In this document: in pieces, positions 1 through 9,069 of the stretch
How positions within the stretch are numbered: position 1 is the first letter of the stretch
How the letters are laid out: each line of letters starts with the position of its first letter
Origin: Armatimonadota bacterium
Lineage (GTDB): Bacteria; Armatimonadota; UBA5829; DSUL01
DNA: 64,000 nucleotides
Direction: 5' to 3'
NCBI GenBank assembly: GCA_039811685.1
Contig: JBDHZC010000003.1
Location: 32,001 to 96,000, forward strand
Notes under the pieces: generated by a model
Told to the model about the DNA's origin: nothing
The model's input: the letters and a program-made list of their open reading frames with translations, nothing else
Databases searched by the model: none
Program-made: the position numbers and the translations under genes

Positions 1-16
1 AGGCTGTAAACGATGA

Positions 17-1099
17 CTACAGCTTCACGCGCACAAAGCGTGGCCAGTACAGGCGAGCGTCCTCAAACAGATCTTCAAACCGGCTTGAGTTGGCCACATA
101 AGAGATGACCAGCTCCCCCGGCGCAGACAGGTGCGGATGAGCTTTCGCGGCGTAGCAGAAGACTCCCTCTCGCCATATTTTCTCCGGACAGGAGTAGATG
201 CGCTCCGGCTCACTCCATGGCCCCCACGGGTGCGGTGAACGCCGCAGCGCTATCTCTCCGGATATTCCGCCCTCCATATAAATGCAGACAAACTTCTTTG
301 TCTTGCCGTCCCAGGTCACACTGTACTCCGTGGGGATGTCCGGGAGCAGATGCGAGGCCTTTCGGAAGTCCTTTTGCCACTGTCCATCTTTGTAAAACTC
401 CCATCTGTCAAAGTTGCTCATGTCGCCTTCCTGCACGCGAGCTACTACCATCGCCGAAGGCCCTGGGCTACTGAGGTTTGCCCTGCGGTTGTCCTGCCCG
501 TAGATGTAGATGAAGCCGTTGCTACGCAGCGTCGCGCACCCGTAGAAAAGCGAGCCATCGTCAGCAAAACTGCAAAACGGGAAGCGCTTGTAGCTGACTT
601 TCCACTCTTTTGGACTGGGATGGAGGTCCGTCACACGCGCCAGGTACTGGCCGAAGATGTGGAATCCGAAAGGTCCGCCAGCGCCCGACGGCTTAACCCG
701 CATTGCGAAGAAACTCAGCTCTTTCTCACCGCGTACGCCAGCGAATGGCCACAGATATCCGGCGCCTTCAGGGGGTTTGAAAAGCGCCGATGACCCTCCC
801 TCAGGCGACTCTGCGAAGAAAAAATTGACTCTCTTATGTGTCTCAATGCCAACGGAGTTGTGAATCAGGGTCGAACTGATCCGTCTGCCGTCCTTCACTG
901 AGCCGGCAAACGTGTCCATAAACAGCCACAGCGTCCGCTTGTTTCCCAGATCGAAGTTGAACGCCCCGTCTGCTCCAGTCCACCCGCGCGTCCTTTGGAA
1001 CATCCGGTCTATTTCCGGAGCCGGGACCGCTCGATTTTCGGCAGCGCCTACCCCGACGACGACAGCAAGCAGCAGCGCCGCCGTTATCGCCGCAGTCAT
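17..1099 (-). CDS. Secreted DUF4185/DUF5005-like beta-propeller protein
   Basis: N-terminal signal peptide; GWTGADG, TLWLFMDT, SPHPWGPWS and YAAKAHP motifs typical of this family; GGAGGGG RBS upstream. Confidence 0.65.
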   Translation of the reverse strand: MTAAITAALLLAVVVGVGAAENRAVPAPEIDRMFQRTRGWTGADGAFNFDLGNKRTLWLFMDTFAGSVKDGRRISSTLIHNSVGIETHKRVNFFFAESPEGGSSALFKPPEGAGYLWPFAGVRGEKELSFFAMRVKPSGAGGPFGFHIFGQYLARVTDLHPSPKEWKVSYKRFPFCSFADDGSLFYGCATLRSNGFIYIYGQDNRRANLSSPGPSAMVVARVQEGDMSNFDRWEFYKDGQWQKDFRKASHLLPDIPTEYSVTWDGKTKKFVCIYMEGGISGEIALRRSPHPWGPWSEPERIYSCPEKIWREGVFCYAAKAHPHLSAPGELVISYVANSSRFEDLFEDARLYWPRFVRVKL

Positions 1100-1576
1100 C
1101 TGAGTCCCCTCCAGCCAGGCTCTCTTACTGGCTGCGCTTCAGGTGTCGCCGAGGCGCGGGGACAGTGAATGAGCTCATTCGTCATCGAAATCTCCTGCAA
1201 CGTCCAGTTCTCCTGGAAACATTCTGTCCGCTACGACGCGCTTTCACCACGTTGACGGCGGTGGGTCAGACTCCAGACGGGGATTCCCGCATGAAGACAG
1301 GCATCCGCGGCACATGTGCGAGCTTCATGCGACAAATCACGGGCATGAGAGCAGGCGCATCTGCAATATCTGCGCGTTTACAATCGTCTCCACTGCGGGA
1401 ATCAATACGCAACCGTTCTTCTTGTGCGCCACTCAGCGCACGGTGACCAACTCTTTGTTTCGGCCTTGGCGCCTGATGGATAGACGCAGAAATACTGGGC
1501 GTCGGAGAGTGCGGAGCGGTTGCCTATCTCATCCAAGTTGTATCATCATCCCGTACCAAATTTGAGGGGAGCTTCT

Positions 1577-2092
1577 ATGAACGTAAAATATCGCAGAGTC
1601 GTGCGCGCGTGCGCAGTTGCCGTTGGCGTCTGTCTGCCGACGCTCATAGCCGGCGTGTTAGGCTATGCCCATGAGGGGCACGAGCACACGCCGCCCCCGG
1701 CTGGGCAGACTTCCGCAAAAGCCTACAAGAACATAAAGGTTCTCAAAGACCTGCCGGCTGATCAGCTCATCCCGCTTATGAAGAGCTTTGACGCGGCTCT
1801 GGGGGTGAATTGCGAGTTCTGCCACGTTGTGACAGAGAATCACGAAGGCTTCGACCGCGACGATAAGCCCACCAAGCTTATGGCGCGAAAGATGATCGTC
1901 ATGACGCAGAATCTGAACAAGACGCAAAAGATTCTGAAGAATAAGGCGAGTTGCTACATGTGCCACCAGGGCAACAAGGAGCCGATCGTCGTTCCACCTG
2001 CCCAGAAGCCTGGCAACGAGCCTGGTCAACCCGCAGAGCAGCCTTCGGCATCCGGATCGGGCGAGGCTGGCAGTGAGTCTGTAAGCAAGTGA
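1577..2092 (+). CDS. Periplasmic diheme c-type cytochrome, photosynthetic reaction-centre cytochrome c (PufC)-like family
   Basis: Two CxxCH motifs (CEFCH, CYMCH); YKNIKVL..LM..F..ALGVNC and K..ARKMI.M segments; hydrophobic leader; start moved to ATG 1577 behind GAGGGGA. Confidence 0.8.
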   Translation: MNVKYRRVVRACAVAVGVCLPTLIAGVLGYAHEGHEHTPPPAGQTSAKAYKNIKVLKDLPADQLIPLMKSFDAALGVNCEFCHVVTENHEGFDRDDKPTKLMARKMIVMTQNLNKTQKILKNKASCYMCHQGNKEPIVVPPAQKPGNEPGQPAEQPSASGSGEAGSESVSK

Positions 2093-2143
2093 GTTTCTAA
2101 GAAAAACTTCGCTTCAGACTTCGTAAATCAAACAAAATCGCAC

Positions 2144-2176
2144 GCAAAGCCCGCTGGAGTGCCTGGCGGGCTTTGC
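2144..2176. terminator. Probable intrinsic terminator hairpin after the cytochrome gene
   Basis: GCAAAGCCCGC...GCGGGCTTTGC inverted repeat. Confidence 0.55.
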
Positions 2177-2208
2177 TGTATCAGGGGCGGAGCGTTTACA
2201 ATCCGCTT

Positions 2209-3183
2209 ATGAAAATCGCCAAAGCCGTAATCACTGCCGCCGGACGCGGCGCCCGTCTGTATCCTGCGGCGACTCCTGTTCAGAAATCCATGCTGCCTGT
2301 TGTGGATCGCGACGGCTTCACAAAGCCCGCCATCCAGCTTATTGCGGAGGAAGCAATTAACAGCGGCGCGCAGGACATCTGCATCGTTTGCGCTCCGGGT
2401 GACGAGAGCCAGTATGTAGAGCAGTTCAAATGTCTGCGGCAGAATCTCCTGAAGGTGTTTCAGGATGCGGACTGGGCACAGAAGATGGCCGCCCGGCTGG
2501 ACGATCTGCTGCAGAAGCTGCACTTCGCTATCCAACCGGAACCACTCGGGTACGGAGATGCTGTTTTTCGGGCGCGCGCTTTCACCGCTGGCGAGCCGTT
2601 TCTGCTGCTCCTGAGTGATCATCTCTATCTTTCTTACACAGATCGCTCATGCGCCGAGCAGATAACGGAGTTGGCCAGTGAGCAGCTTTGCTCTGTTGCA
2701 GGCGTGCAGGTCACGCGGGAGAGCCTGATTGCGAACTTTGGCACACTGGCTGGGCGGCGCGTTGAGAACCTGTCTGGAGTCTATGAGATCGAGCGTATCC
2801 TGGAGAAACCTTCCGTCAGCATTGCGGAGATAGAGCTTGTGACTGCGGGGTTGCGCACAGGGTATTATCTGTGCTTTTTCGGTATTCACGTACTGACGCC
2901 GGCGATATTTGAAATCCTGGAAGCTCAAGAGGGTCGGTCGGTGAGTCAGTCTGAGCTGTTGCTTACTCCCGCGCTCGATGAGTTGGCCCACCGGGAGCGT
3001 TATCTGGCGCAGGAAGTGAAGGGCGTGCGCTACGATCTTGGGCAGAAGTATGGGCTGTTGCGCGCTCAACTGGCGCTCGGTGAAGCGGGCGTTGACCACG
3101 ACGAGATCCTCCACGCAACTCTGGAGACTCTGGCGGACGTTCGGCTCGGGTTGCGCCCGGGCGATTCTGGTAGGCCCAGGTGA
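2209..3183 (+). CDS. Sugar-1-phosphate nucleotidyltransferase, GalU-like
   Basis: KAVITAAGRGARLYPA..QKSMLP, QPEPLGYGDAV, LLLSD, ILEKP and RYDLG motifs; likely start is ATG 2209 (MKIAKAV). Confidence 0.85.
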   Translation: MKIAKAVITAAGRGARLYPAATPVQKSMLPVVDRDGFTKPAIQLIAEEAINSGAQDICIVCAPGDESQYVEQFKCLRQNLLKVFQDADWAQKMAARLDDLLQKLHFAIQPEPLGYGDAVFRARAFTAGEPFLLLLSDHLYLSYTDRSCAEQITELASEQLCSVAGVQVTRESLIANFGTLAGRRVENLSGVYEIERILEKPSVSIAEIELVTAGLRTGYYLCFFGIHVLTPAIFEILEAQEGRSVSQSELLLTPALDELAHRERYLAQEVKGVRYDLGQKYGLLRAQLALGEAGVDHDEILHATLETLADVRLGLRPGDSGRPR

Positions 3184-6100
3184 ACGTCTTCATCGAGACA
3201 ATCACGGCGCAAGAGCCTCTGAAGCGGCACAGGTCTCTTGAAGAGCTCCTGAGCGGGCAGAAAACTGAAGAATTATTGCGCGCGTGCGACGAACTGGATG
3301 CGTTCCGCCGCTCAACAGGCAATCTGTACGAAAAGGCGCGCGCGTGCTGCATGCTGCACGCCATCTACCGTTTTCAGCTGCAGGATGCAGGAGATGTATC
3401 GTCAACCGGGGTCGTGCCGTACGGCGCTTTTGAAGACATGCTTGCGCGCCGGTTTGGGGAGGCTGTGTCCGGTTTCAAGGCAGCGCAGGCTGAGAATGGC
3501 CCGAACGCTGCCCTCTTCAGCGCGCTTGCGCACAGCTACCGCCAGCTTACTTTTCAGATTCTCTCGGATCAGGTGCGGCGCAGTGTGCGGGCGACTCGCG
3601 GCAACCAGTGGATGTTTCGCATCGCGCATCCCGATGATCACCCCATCCGTATTCATCCCGCTTTGCTGAAGCGCTCATCCAACTCGCCTCTTTACAATAT
3701 TCTCATCGAGACCACGCCCGTTCGCCTCGATCTGTCCCACAGCGGATGGTCCGACATCTTCTTCCTCGGGATGGACTATCCTGAAGGGGCACGGGTGTTA
3801 AACATTTCGGTGGACCTGGGAGTACACGGGCGTGATGTCAGCGCCAGCGCTCCAATATCCGTGTATTTTCGAGTGATTAGCGAGCCTGTCATCCGGCTCA
3901 CAAGCGTTGACCTGGCCTCTACCAAGGATGTGACAGATCTCAACGACCTGTTCAACTTCGGAAACGACTATCTGAGCCTTCTGAAAGCGGGTGTCATTGC
4001 GTCCGGGCTGATTCCCCCATCGTTCGAAGGGTCAGGCTACCCGCTGCGGCAGATACTGGATCGCGTTGTCGGCCCGGGTATGGGCTTTGAAGTCGTCACA
4101 AGTGTGAACGACATTCCGAAGGGCTCCCGGCTTGCTGTTTCCACCAATCTTCTTGCCGCCATTATCGCCGCCGCAATGCGCGGCTCCGGACAGACTTCTT
4201 CGCTCACGGGGTCACTGACTGAGACGCAGCGGCGGATCGTAGCCTCTCGCGCTATTCTCGGGGAATGGCTGGGCGGATCGGGAGGTGGATGGCAGGACTC
4301 GGGAGGCATCTGGCCCGCGATAAAGCTCATCCAGGGCGCACTTGCGCAGGAAGGCGATCCGGAATTTGGCGTAAGTGCGGGGCGTCTCCTTCCTGAACAT
4401 CGCATCCTGTCAGATGCAGATGTGCATCCGGAGCTTCCCGCCCGGCTCTCCGAGTCGCTGGTGCTGGTTCACGGCGGTCTCGCGCAAAACGTCGGTCCGA
4501 TTCTCGAGATGGTCACCGAGAGATATCTGCTGCGCCAGCAGCCGGAGTGGCAAGCCAGGCAGGAGATGCGCGATATCTTCAACGGTGTGGTGCAGTCGCT
4601 GAAGGATGGGGATGTAAAATCGCTGGCGATGTGGACCACGCGTAACTGGGAAGGACCTCTCAAGACCATCATTCCCTGGGTCACCAACTCCTTCACGGAG
4701 ACCCTTATAGCTCGCTCGCGAGAGAAACTCGGGGCGGATTTCTGGGGATTCCTGATGCTGGGCGGAATGTCTGGCGGAGGAATGGCACTTTTTGTCGCTC
4801 CGCAGCGAGCCGTCCAATTCAGGGATGAGGTTCTTGAAATCATGCGCAGCGCAAAGCGCGAGCTCGACTGCGCCATGCCTTTCGCTATGGAGCCAGTAGT
4901 TTACGACTTCAGGATCAATGAGCAGGGCAGCGTGGCGGACATGCTCTGCGGGCTGGACGCTCTTATGCCGGTTCGCTACTACGGCATCCATCTCTCTCTG
5001 CTGGCGCGGAGCAGCCCGGATGCCGTGCCCGGCTCCAGGCGGGTGGAGTTTGAGCACTTTGTCAGCTCACAGCCAGAGGACGCTGTGTCCTTCCAGCTTC
5101 TGAAAACTGTCGCCTCGTCACTGTTTCGCGCCTCTGAGGCTCCGCCAACCGGACGAACTCAGCAGTGGCGGGTGGAGTTGGAACGGATCAAAGCTGACAG
5201 CGGCTTTGATGACGTACAGCACGAGCAAATGCGTCAGGACCTGCGCAGCGGGCGCATCGGCCTAGCTCGCAACCGCCTGCCACTTGAGTCTGACATCGAG
5301 GATGTAAGTCCGGCAGATGTCACACTGCTGGAGGATTGCGACCGTTTCCGAAGCGCTGGAGTTGAGGCGATTCGGGAAGGAGCGGTGGCAGTTCTGTCTC
5401 TGGCTGGAGGGATTGGCAGCAGATGGACCAGCGGCGCCGGGGTCATCAAGGCGTTGAATCCGTTCGCGCAGATGGCTGGCCACCACCGCAGCTTTCTGGA
5501 AATCCACCTGGCCAAGACACGCAGGACCTCCAGAGAGCTTGGCGCAGAGCTTGCGCATCTCGTTTCCACCAGTTATCTCACGCATGCGGCGATCGCTGAG
5601 ACTCTTCATCAGGAGAACAACTTTGGTTTCACCGGGCCTCTCCTCCTGTCTCCGGGACGAGCCATCGGGCAGCGGTTGGTGCCTATGGTGCGAGACCTCA
5701 CTTTTCTGTGGGAAGACATGCCCCAGGAGACTCTTGATGAGCAAAAGCAGAAAGTGCGCGACTCTGTGAGAGGGGCATTGCTGGATTGGGCTCGAAACAA
5801 AGGCGAAGGGTCTGACTACACAGACAACCTGCCGGGGCAGTGCCTGGCGCCCGCAGGGCACTGGTACGAAGTGCCCAATATGCTGCGTAGCGGGGTACTT
5901 CTGAAACTGCTGAAAGAGCGGCCTCAGTTGCGCACAATAATACTGCACAACATCGACACACTTGGCGCGGCGGTTGATCCTGCGGCGCTCGGCTGGCACC
6001 TGGCAGGTGGTCAGGTGTTGTCGTACGAAGTTGTGCCGCGCCGGATGGAAGATCGCGGCGGCGGTCTTGCGCGCATCAACGGTCGCCTGCGGCTTCTGGA

Positions 6101-6515
6101 GGGTCTCGCGCAACCCCGTGAAGACGTTGAGCTGCGTCTGCGCTATTACAACACGATGACAACCTGGATTCAGATTGACGAGTTGCTCAGGGTGTTCGGC
6201 TTGACGCGCGAGGAGCTTGAGGATGAGTCGCAAGTCATACAGGCGATTCGCAATGTCGCTTCTCGGCTTCCCACGTATGTGACCGTAAAAGATGTCAAGT
6301 ACCGCTGGGGACACGGACAGGAAGACATCTATCCGGTCGCGCAGTTCGAGAAGCTCTGGGGAGATATGACGACTCTTTCAGATGTCAGATGCGGGTACCT
6401 GGTTGTGGACAGGCGCCGCGGCCAACAGCTCAAAGACCCTGCAGAGCTTGATGCGTGGGTGAGGGATGGTTCGCGAGACTATATCGAGAGTCTCTGCGAC
6501 TTCGACGCGCGCTGA
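3180..6515 (+). CDS. Fusion protein: GHMP-family sugar kinase (N-terminal) + UDPGP-family NDP-sugar pyrophosphorylase (C-terminal)
   Basis: PVRLDL, IPKGSRLAVSTNL, GGGWQD and LGGMSGGG GHMP motifs; LSLAGGIGSRW, PAGHW, HNIDTLGA, GGGL and QFEK UDPGP motifs; GTGA overlap with the upstream gene. Confidence 0.8.
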   Translation: MNVFIETITAQEPLKRHRSLEELLSGQKTEELLRACDELDAFRRSTGNLYEKARACCMLHAIYRFQLQDAGDVSSTGVVPYGAFEDMLARRFGEAVSGFKAAQAENGPNAALFSALAHSYRQLTFQILSDQVRRSVRATRGNQWMFRIAHPDDHPIRIHPALLKRSSNSPLYNILIETTPVRLDLSHSGWSDIFFLGMDYPEGARVLNISVDLGVHGRDVSASAPISVYFRVISEPVIRLTSVDLASTKDVTDLNDLFNFGNDYLSLLKAGVIASGLIPPSFEGSGYPLRQILDRVVGPGMGFEVVTSVNDIPKGSRLAVSTNLLAAIIAAAMRGSGQTSSLTGSLTETQRRIVASRAILGEWLGGSGGGWQDSGGIWPAIKLIQGALAQEGDPEFGVSAGRLLPEHRILSDADVHPELPARLSESLVLVHGGLAQNVGPILEMVTERYLLRQQPEWQARQEMRDIFNGVVQSLKDGDVKSLAMWTTRNWEGPLKTIIPWVTNSFTETLIARSREKLGADFWGFLMLGGMSGGGMALFVAPQRAVQFRDEVLEIMRSAKRELDCAMPFAMEPVVYDFRINEQGSVADMLCGLDALMPVRYYGIHLSLLARSSPDAVPGSRRVEFEHFVSSQPEDAVSFQLLKTVASSLFRASEAPPTGRTQQWRVELERIKADSGFDDVQHEQMRQDLRSGRIGLARNRLPLESDIEDVSPADVTLLEDCDRFRSAGVEAIREGAVAVLSLAGGIGSRWTSGAGVIKALNPFAQMAGHHRSFLEIHLAKTRRTSRELGAELAHLVSTSYLTHAAIAETLHQENNFGFTGPLLLSPGRAIGQRLVPMVRDLTFLWEDMPQETLDEQKQKVRDSVRGALLDWARNKGEGSDYTDNLPGQCLAPAGHWYEVPNMLRSGVLLKLLKERPQLRTIILHNIDTLGAAVDPAALGWHLAGGQVLSYEVVPRRMEDRGGGLARINGRLRLLEGLAQPREDVELRLRYYNTMTTWIQIDELLRVFGLTREELEDESQVIQAIRNVASRLPTYVTVKDVKYRWGHGQEDIYPVAQFEKLWGDMTTLSDVRCGYLVVDRRRGQQLKDPAELDAWVRDGSRDYIESLCDFDAR

Positions 6516-6663
6516 GGCATCGCCTACTTTTTCGCCAAGCCCGGTAAAATATCACAGGGATGCTGTTAAGATTGCCGGGGTGTCCTCCGTCTAACTGCTT
6601 TAGCGCAGTTGTTGCGCGTAAGAGGTAGCCAGTTCGTTTCACGATTGGAAAGGGTGCACTTCG

Positions 6664-7569
6664 ATGAAAATTCTCGGATTACGGAGGATGCTGACAAGCG
6701 CATCTGTCGCGCTTTTTCTGGCGTCATCCAATTTTGTCCGCGCTGACCAGCCGCCGGCTGCGGCGGCAACTATATCCGTCAGCCTTAGTGGCAGCGTTAC
6801 AGAAGCAGCCTCTGATCTTGCCGCCAAGACCGGAACGCCCGTCCTCGTAGATCCATCCGTGAGCGGATCTGTGACGGGCACTTTCAACAACTCCTCGGTG
6901 GATCAGGTGCTGGACGCCGTCTCTTCGTCCGTGAAGGCCAGGTGGGTCAAGGCTTTCATTCCGGAGAGCACTCCCAAGGCCGATGAGATCAAAGCCGCCA
7001 AAGAGCAGGTCGCGGCGCTTGAGGCCGTTAAAGAGACCAAGCCAGTGATGGTGTACGATCCTGCTTCCAAGTCGCAGATTATCCTCACAAAGTTTGCCCC
7101 GGATCCCGCGCGCGATCTGGAAGACGCCAAAGCGCTGGGGCTTCGTCCGGTCTATCTGATTTATGCGCCGCCGCCTCCACCCAGGCCTGCAGCAACGGCG
7201 ACAGCGCCCAGCGGTCAGAATGCGACTGACTACAGCAATCTTGGCAAGCAGCAGCAGGCGGAATTCCTGAAGATGACGCCCGACCAGCGTGTTAAAGCTC
7301 TGGAGCAGTCGCTTGCTGATGAAATTGCGACAGATCCAACCACTCGTTCGGAATACATGCGAGCGCGAATGGAAGCGATGAATGCTCTTCGCCAGAGCAA
7401 CTCGCCGGTGTATCAGCAGTGGCGTGATTCGCAGCGGCAGAACTGGCAGAACATGGGCGGCAACCGTGGAAACTGGGGTAACCGGCAGCGGGGTGTTGGG
7501 CCTGGTGGAGACCCCAACAACGGTAACTGGCGTGGCCGTCGAGGTGGCGGTCAGGCCCCTGCGCAGTAA
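6664..7569 (+). CDS. Secreted hypothetical protein with secretin-N/STN-like N-terminal domain and Gly/Arg/Asn-rich tail
   Basis: Signal peptide; LAAKTGTPVLVDPSVSGSVT..FNNSSVDQVLDAV resembles STN/N0 domains; low-complexity C-terminus. Confidence 0.5.
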   Translation: MKILGLRRMLTSASVALFLASSNFVRADQPPAAAATISVSLSGSVTEAASDLAAKTGTPVLVDPSVSGSVTGTFNNSSVDQVLDAVSSSVKARWVKAFIPESTPKADEIKAAKEQVAALEAVKETKPVMVYDPASKSQIILTKFAPDPARDLEDAKALGLRPVYLIYAPPPPPRPAATATAPSGQNATDYSNLGKQQQAEFLKMTPDQRVKALEQSLADEIATDPTTRSEYMRARMEAMNALRQSNSPVYQQWRDSQRQNWQNMGGNRGNWGNRQRGVGPGGDPNNGNWRGRRGGGQAPAQ

Positions 7570-7598
7570 CAGCTCGGCCGAGCAGAAAGCAATCTGAA

Positions 7599-7641
7599 AA
7601 ACAGCGGGCTCGAGCATGGCAGGCTCGAGCCCGCCTTGTTT
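7599..7641. terminator. Bidirectional terminator between convergent genes
   Basis: 12-bp stem GCGGGCTCGAGC/GCTCGAGCCCGC flanked by A- and T-rich runs. Confidence 0.7.
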
Positions 7642-7657
7642 GTACCTGGTCGCCGCT

Positions 7658-8926
7658 TCACTCTGTAGCAGCAGGCGTCGAGGACTGCAAAGCTCCCAGC
7701 AGCGGCCTCGCCTGCTCGCGAAGTTGAGGGAGCATCTTCGCAAAGACTAAAGCGGCGACAATGCCGATGCTGCCACCCAGAGCCACTGTGTGCGGCGCGC
7801 CTATCTGCGCAGCCAGCGCTCCGGCGATGAGCGCGCCCACTGGCGCCATCCCCATAAACATCATCGAATAAAGAGCCATCACGCGCCCGCGCAGCTCATC
7901 AGGCGTCATAGTCTGAACGAGGGTGTTGCAGGAGGCCATCTGGATCATCATCGAAAAGCCCGCCGGTACCAGGCACGCCGCGGACAGCCAGAAATGCCGG
8001 GACAGCGCGAATGCTATCATTGCGATCCCGAACCCCGCGCACGCGCGCGCTATCCAGCGACCCAATCCCTTCACGCTCTGGCGATGAGCCAGTACGATTG
8101 CGCCTATAAAGGCCCCCACGCCTGAGGAAGCCATCAGAATCCCCAGCCCGCGGGCGCCTCCGTGGAGAATAGTCTCGGCAAAGATCGGCATCAGTGTGAC
8201 GTATGGCATCGCAACCATACTGATCACGCCAAGAAGCGCCAGAAGAGTAAGAATTGGCCGCGTGCTGAGTACGTATCTAAAGCCTTCTGTTACGTGAGTC
8301 AGCCCGGACTTTGTACGGGTAGCCGGTGAGGCATCCAAACGGATGAGAACCAGTCCCGTGATTACTGCCGTGTAGCTAACACCGTTAATAAAAAAGCACC
8401 AGCCCTCACCCACAGCCGCAACGAGAATTCCCGCGATAGCCGGACCGACAATGCGGGCGCCGTTGAACAGGGAAGAGTTGAGCGCAATTGCGTTGATCAG
8501 GTCGTCGCGCCCTACCATGTCCACCACAAAGCTCTGACGGGTAGGGATGTCTATCGCGTTTGTGATTCCCAGGAGACCTGCGAGTACGAAGAGATGCCAT
8601 GGCTGCACGCGGCCGCTCAGAGTGAGAGCTGCCAGTGTAAGCGCCAGTACCATCATGGCGCTTTGTGTGCAGATCAGAACGTGGCGGCGGTTCAGGCGGT
8701 CCGAGAGCGAACCGCCGATCGGTCCCAGAAGAAAAACAGGGATCTGAGAACAAAACTGCATACCGCCCAGCAGCACCGCTGAGCCAGTCAGCCTGTACAC
8801 CAGCCATGACTCTCCCACAGACTGCATCCACGTGCCAATAAGTGAAATGAACTGCCCGGCCATAAACAGGCGATAGTTGCGGTGGCGCATGGCCCGCAGA
8901 GAAGCTGGTAGCTGGAAGTTAGTCAT
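7658..8926 (-). CDS. MFS transporter (MFS_3/DUF894 type)
   Basis: HRNYRLF..GQFISLIGTWMQ, GSLSDRLNRR and PDELRGRVM motifs; about 12 hydrophobic segments. Confidence 0.9.
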   Translation of the reverse strand: MTNFQLPASLRAMRHRNYRLFMAGQFISLIGTWMQSVGESWLVYRLTGSAVLLGGMQFCSQIPVFLLGPIGGSLSDRLNRRHVLICTQSAMMVLALTLAALTLSGRVQPWHLFVLAGLLGITNAIDIPTRQSFVVDMVGRDDLINAIALNSSLFNGARIVGPAIAGILVAAVGEGWCFFINGVSYTAVITGLVLIRLDASPATRTKSGLTHVTEGFRYVLSTRPILTLLALLGVISMVAMPYVTLMPIFAETILHGGARGLGILMASSGVGAFIGAIVLAHRQSVKGLGRWIARACAGFGIAMIAFALSRHFWLSAACLVPAGFSMMIQMASCNTLVQTMTPDELRGRVMALYSMMFMGMAPVGALIAGALAAQIGAPHTVALGGSIGIVAALVFAKMLPQLREQARPLLGALQSSTPAATE

Positions 8927-9069
8927 TGTGGTTGCAGTGCAGCGGAGACGCCGCAGTTGCGTTGACGTCCCAAGGTCATTCTACCCGCACCTGGCCGGTG
9001 TGCGCCCGTTATGAGTTGGCGAGGACTCTGCCGCAGCCTTCCCGAAAGAGCCTCTTGGGAGGATTTGCG

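Noticed and set aside
1577..2092. Cytochrome as evidence of phototrophy
   Set aside because: Only two hemes, and no reaction-centre or bacteriochlorophyll genes in the window
5262..6314. 350-aa minus-strand ORF
   Set aside because: Antisense shadow of the kinase/pyrophosphorylase gene; no motifs
6724..7743. 339-aa minus-strand ORF
   Set aside because: Shadow of the plus-strand secreted protein; crosses a terminator
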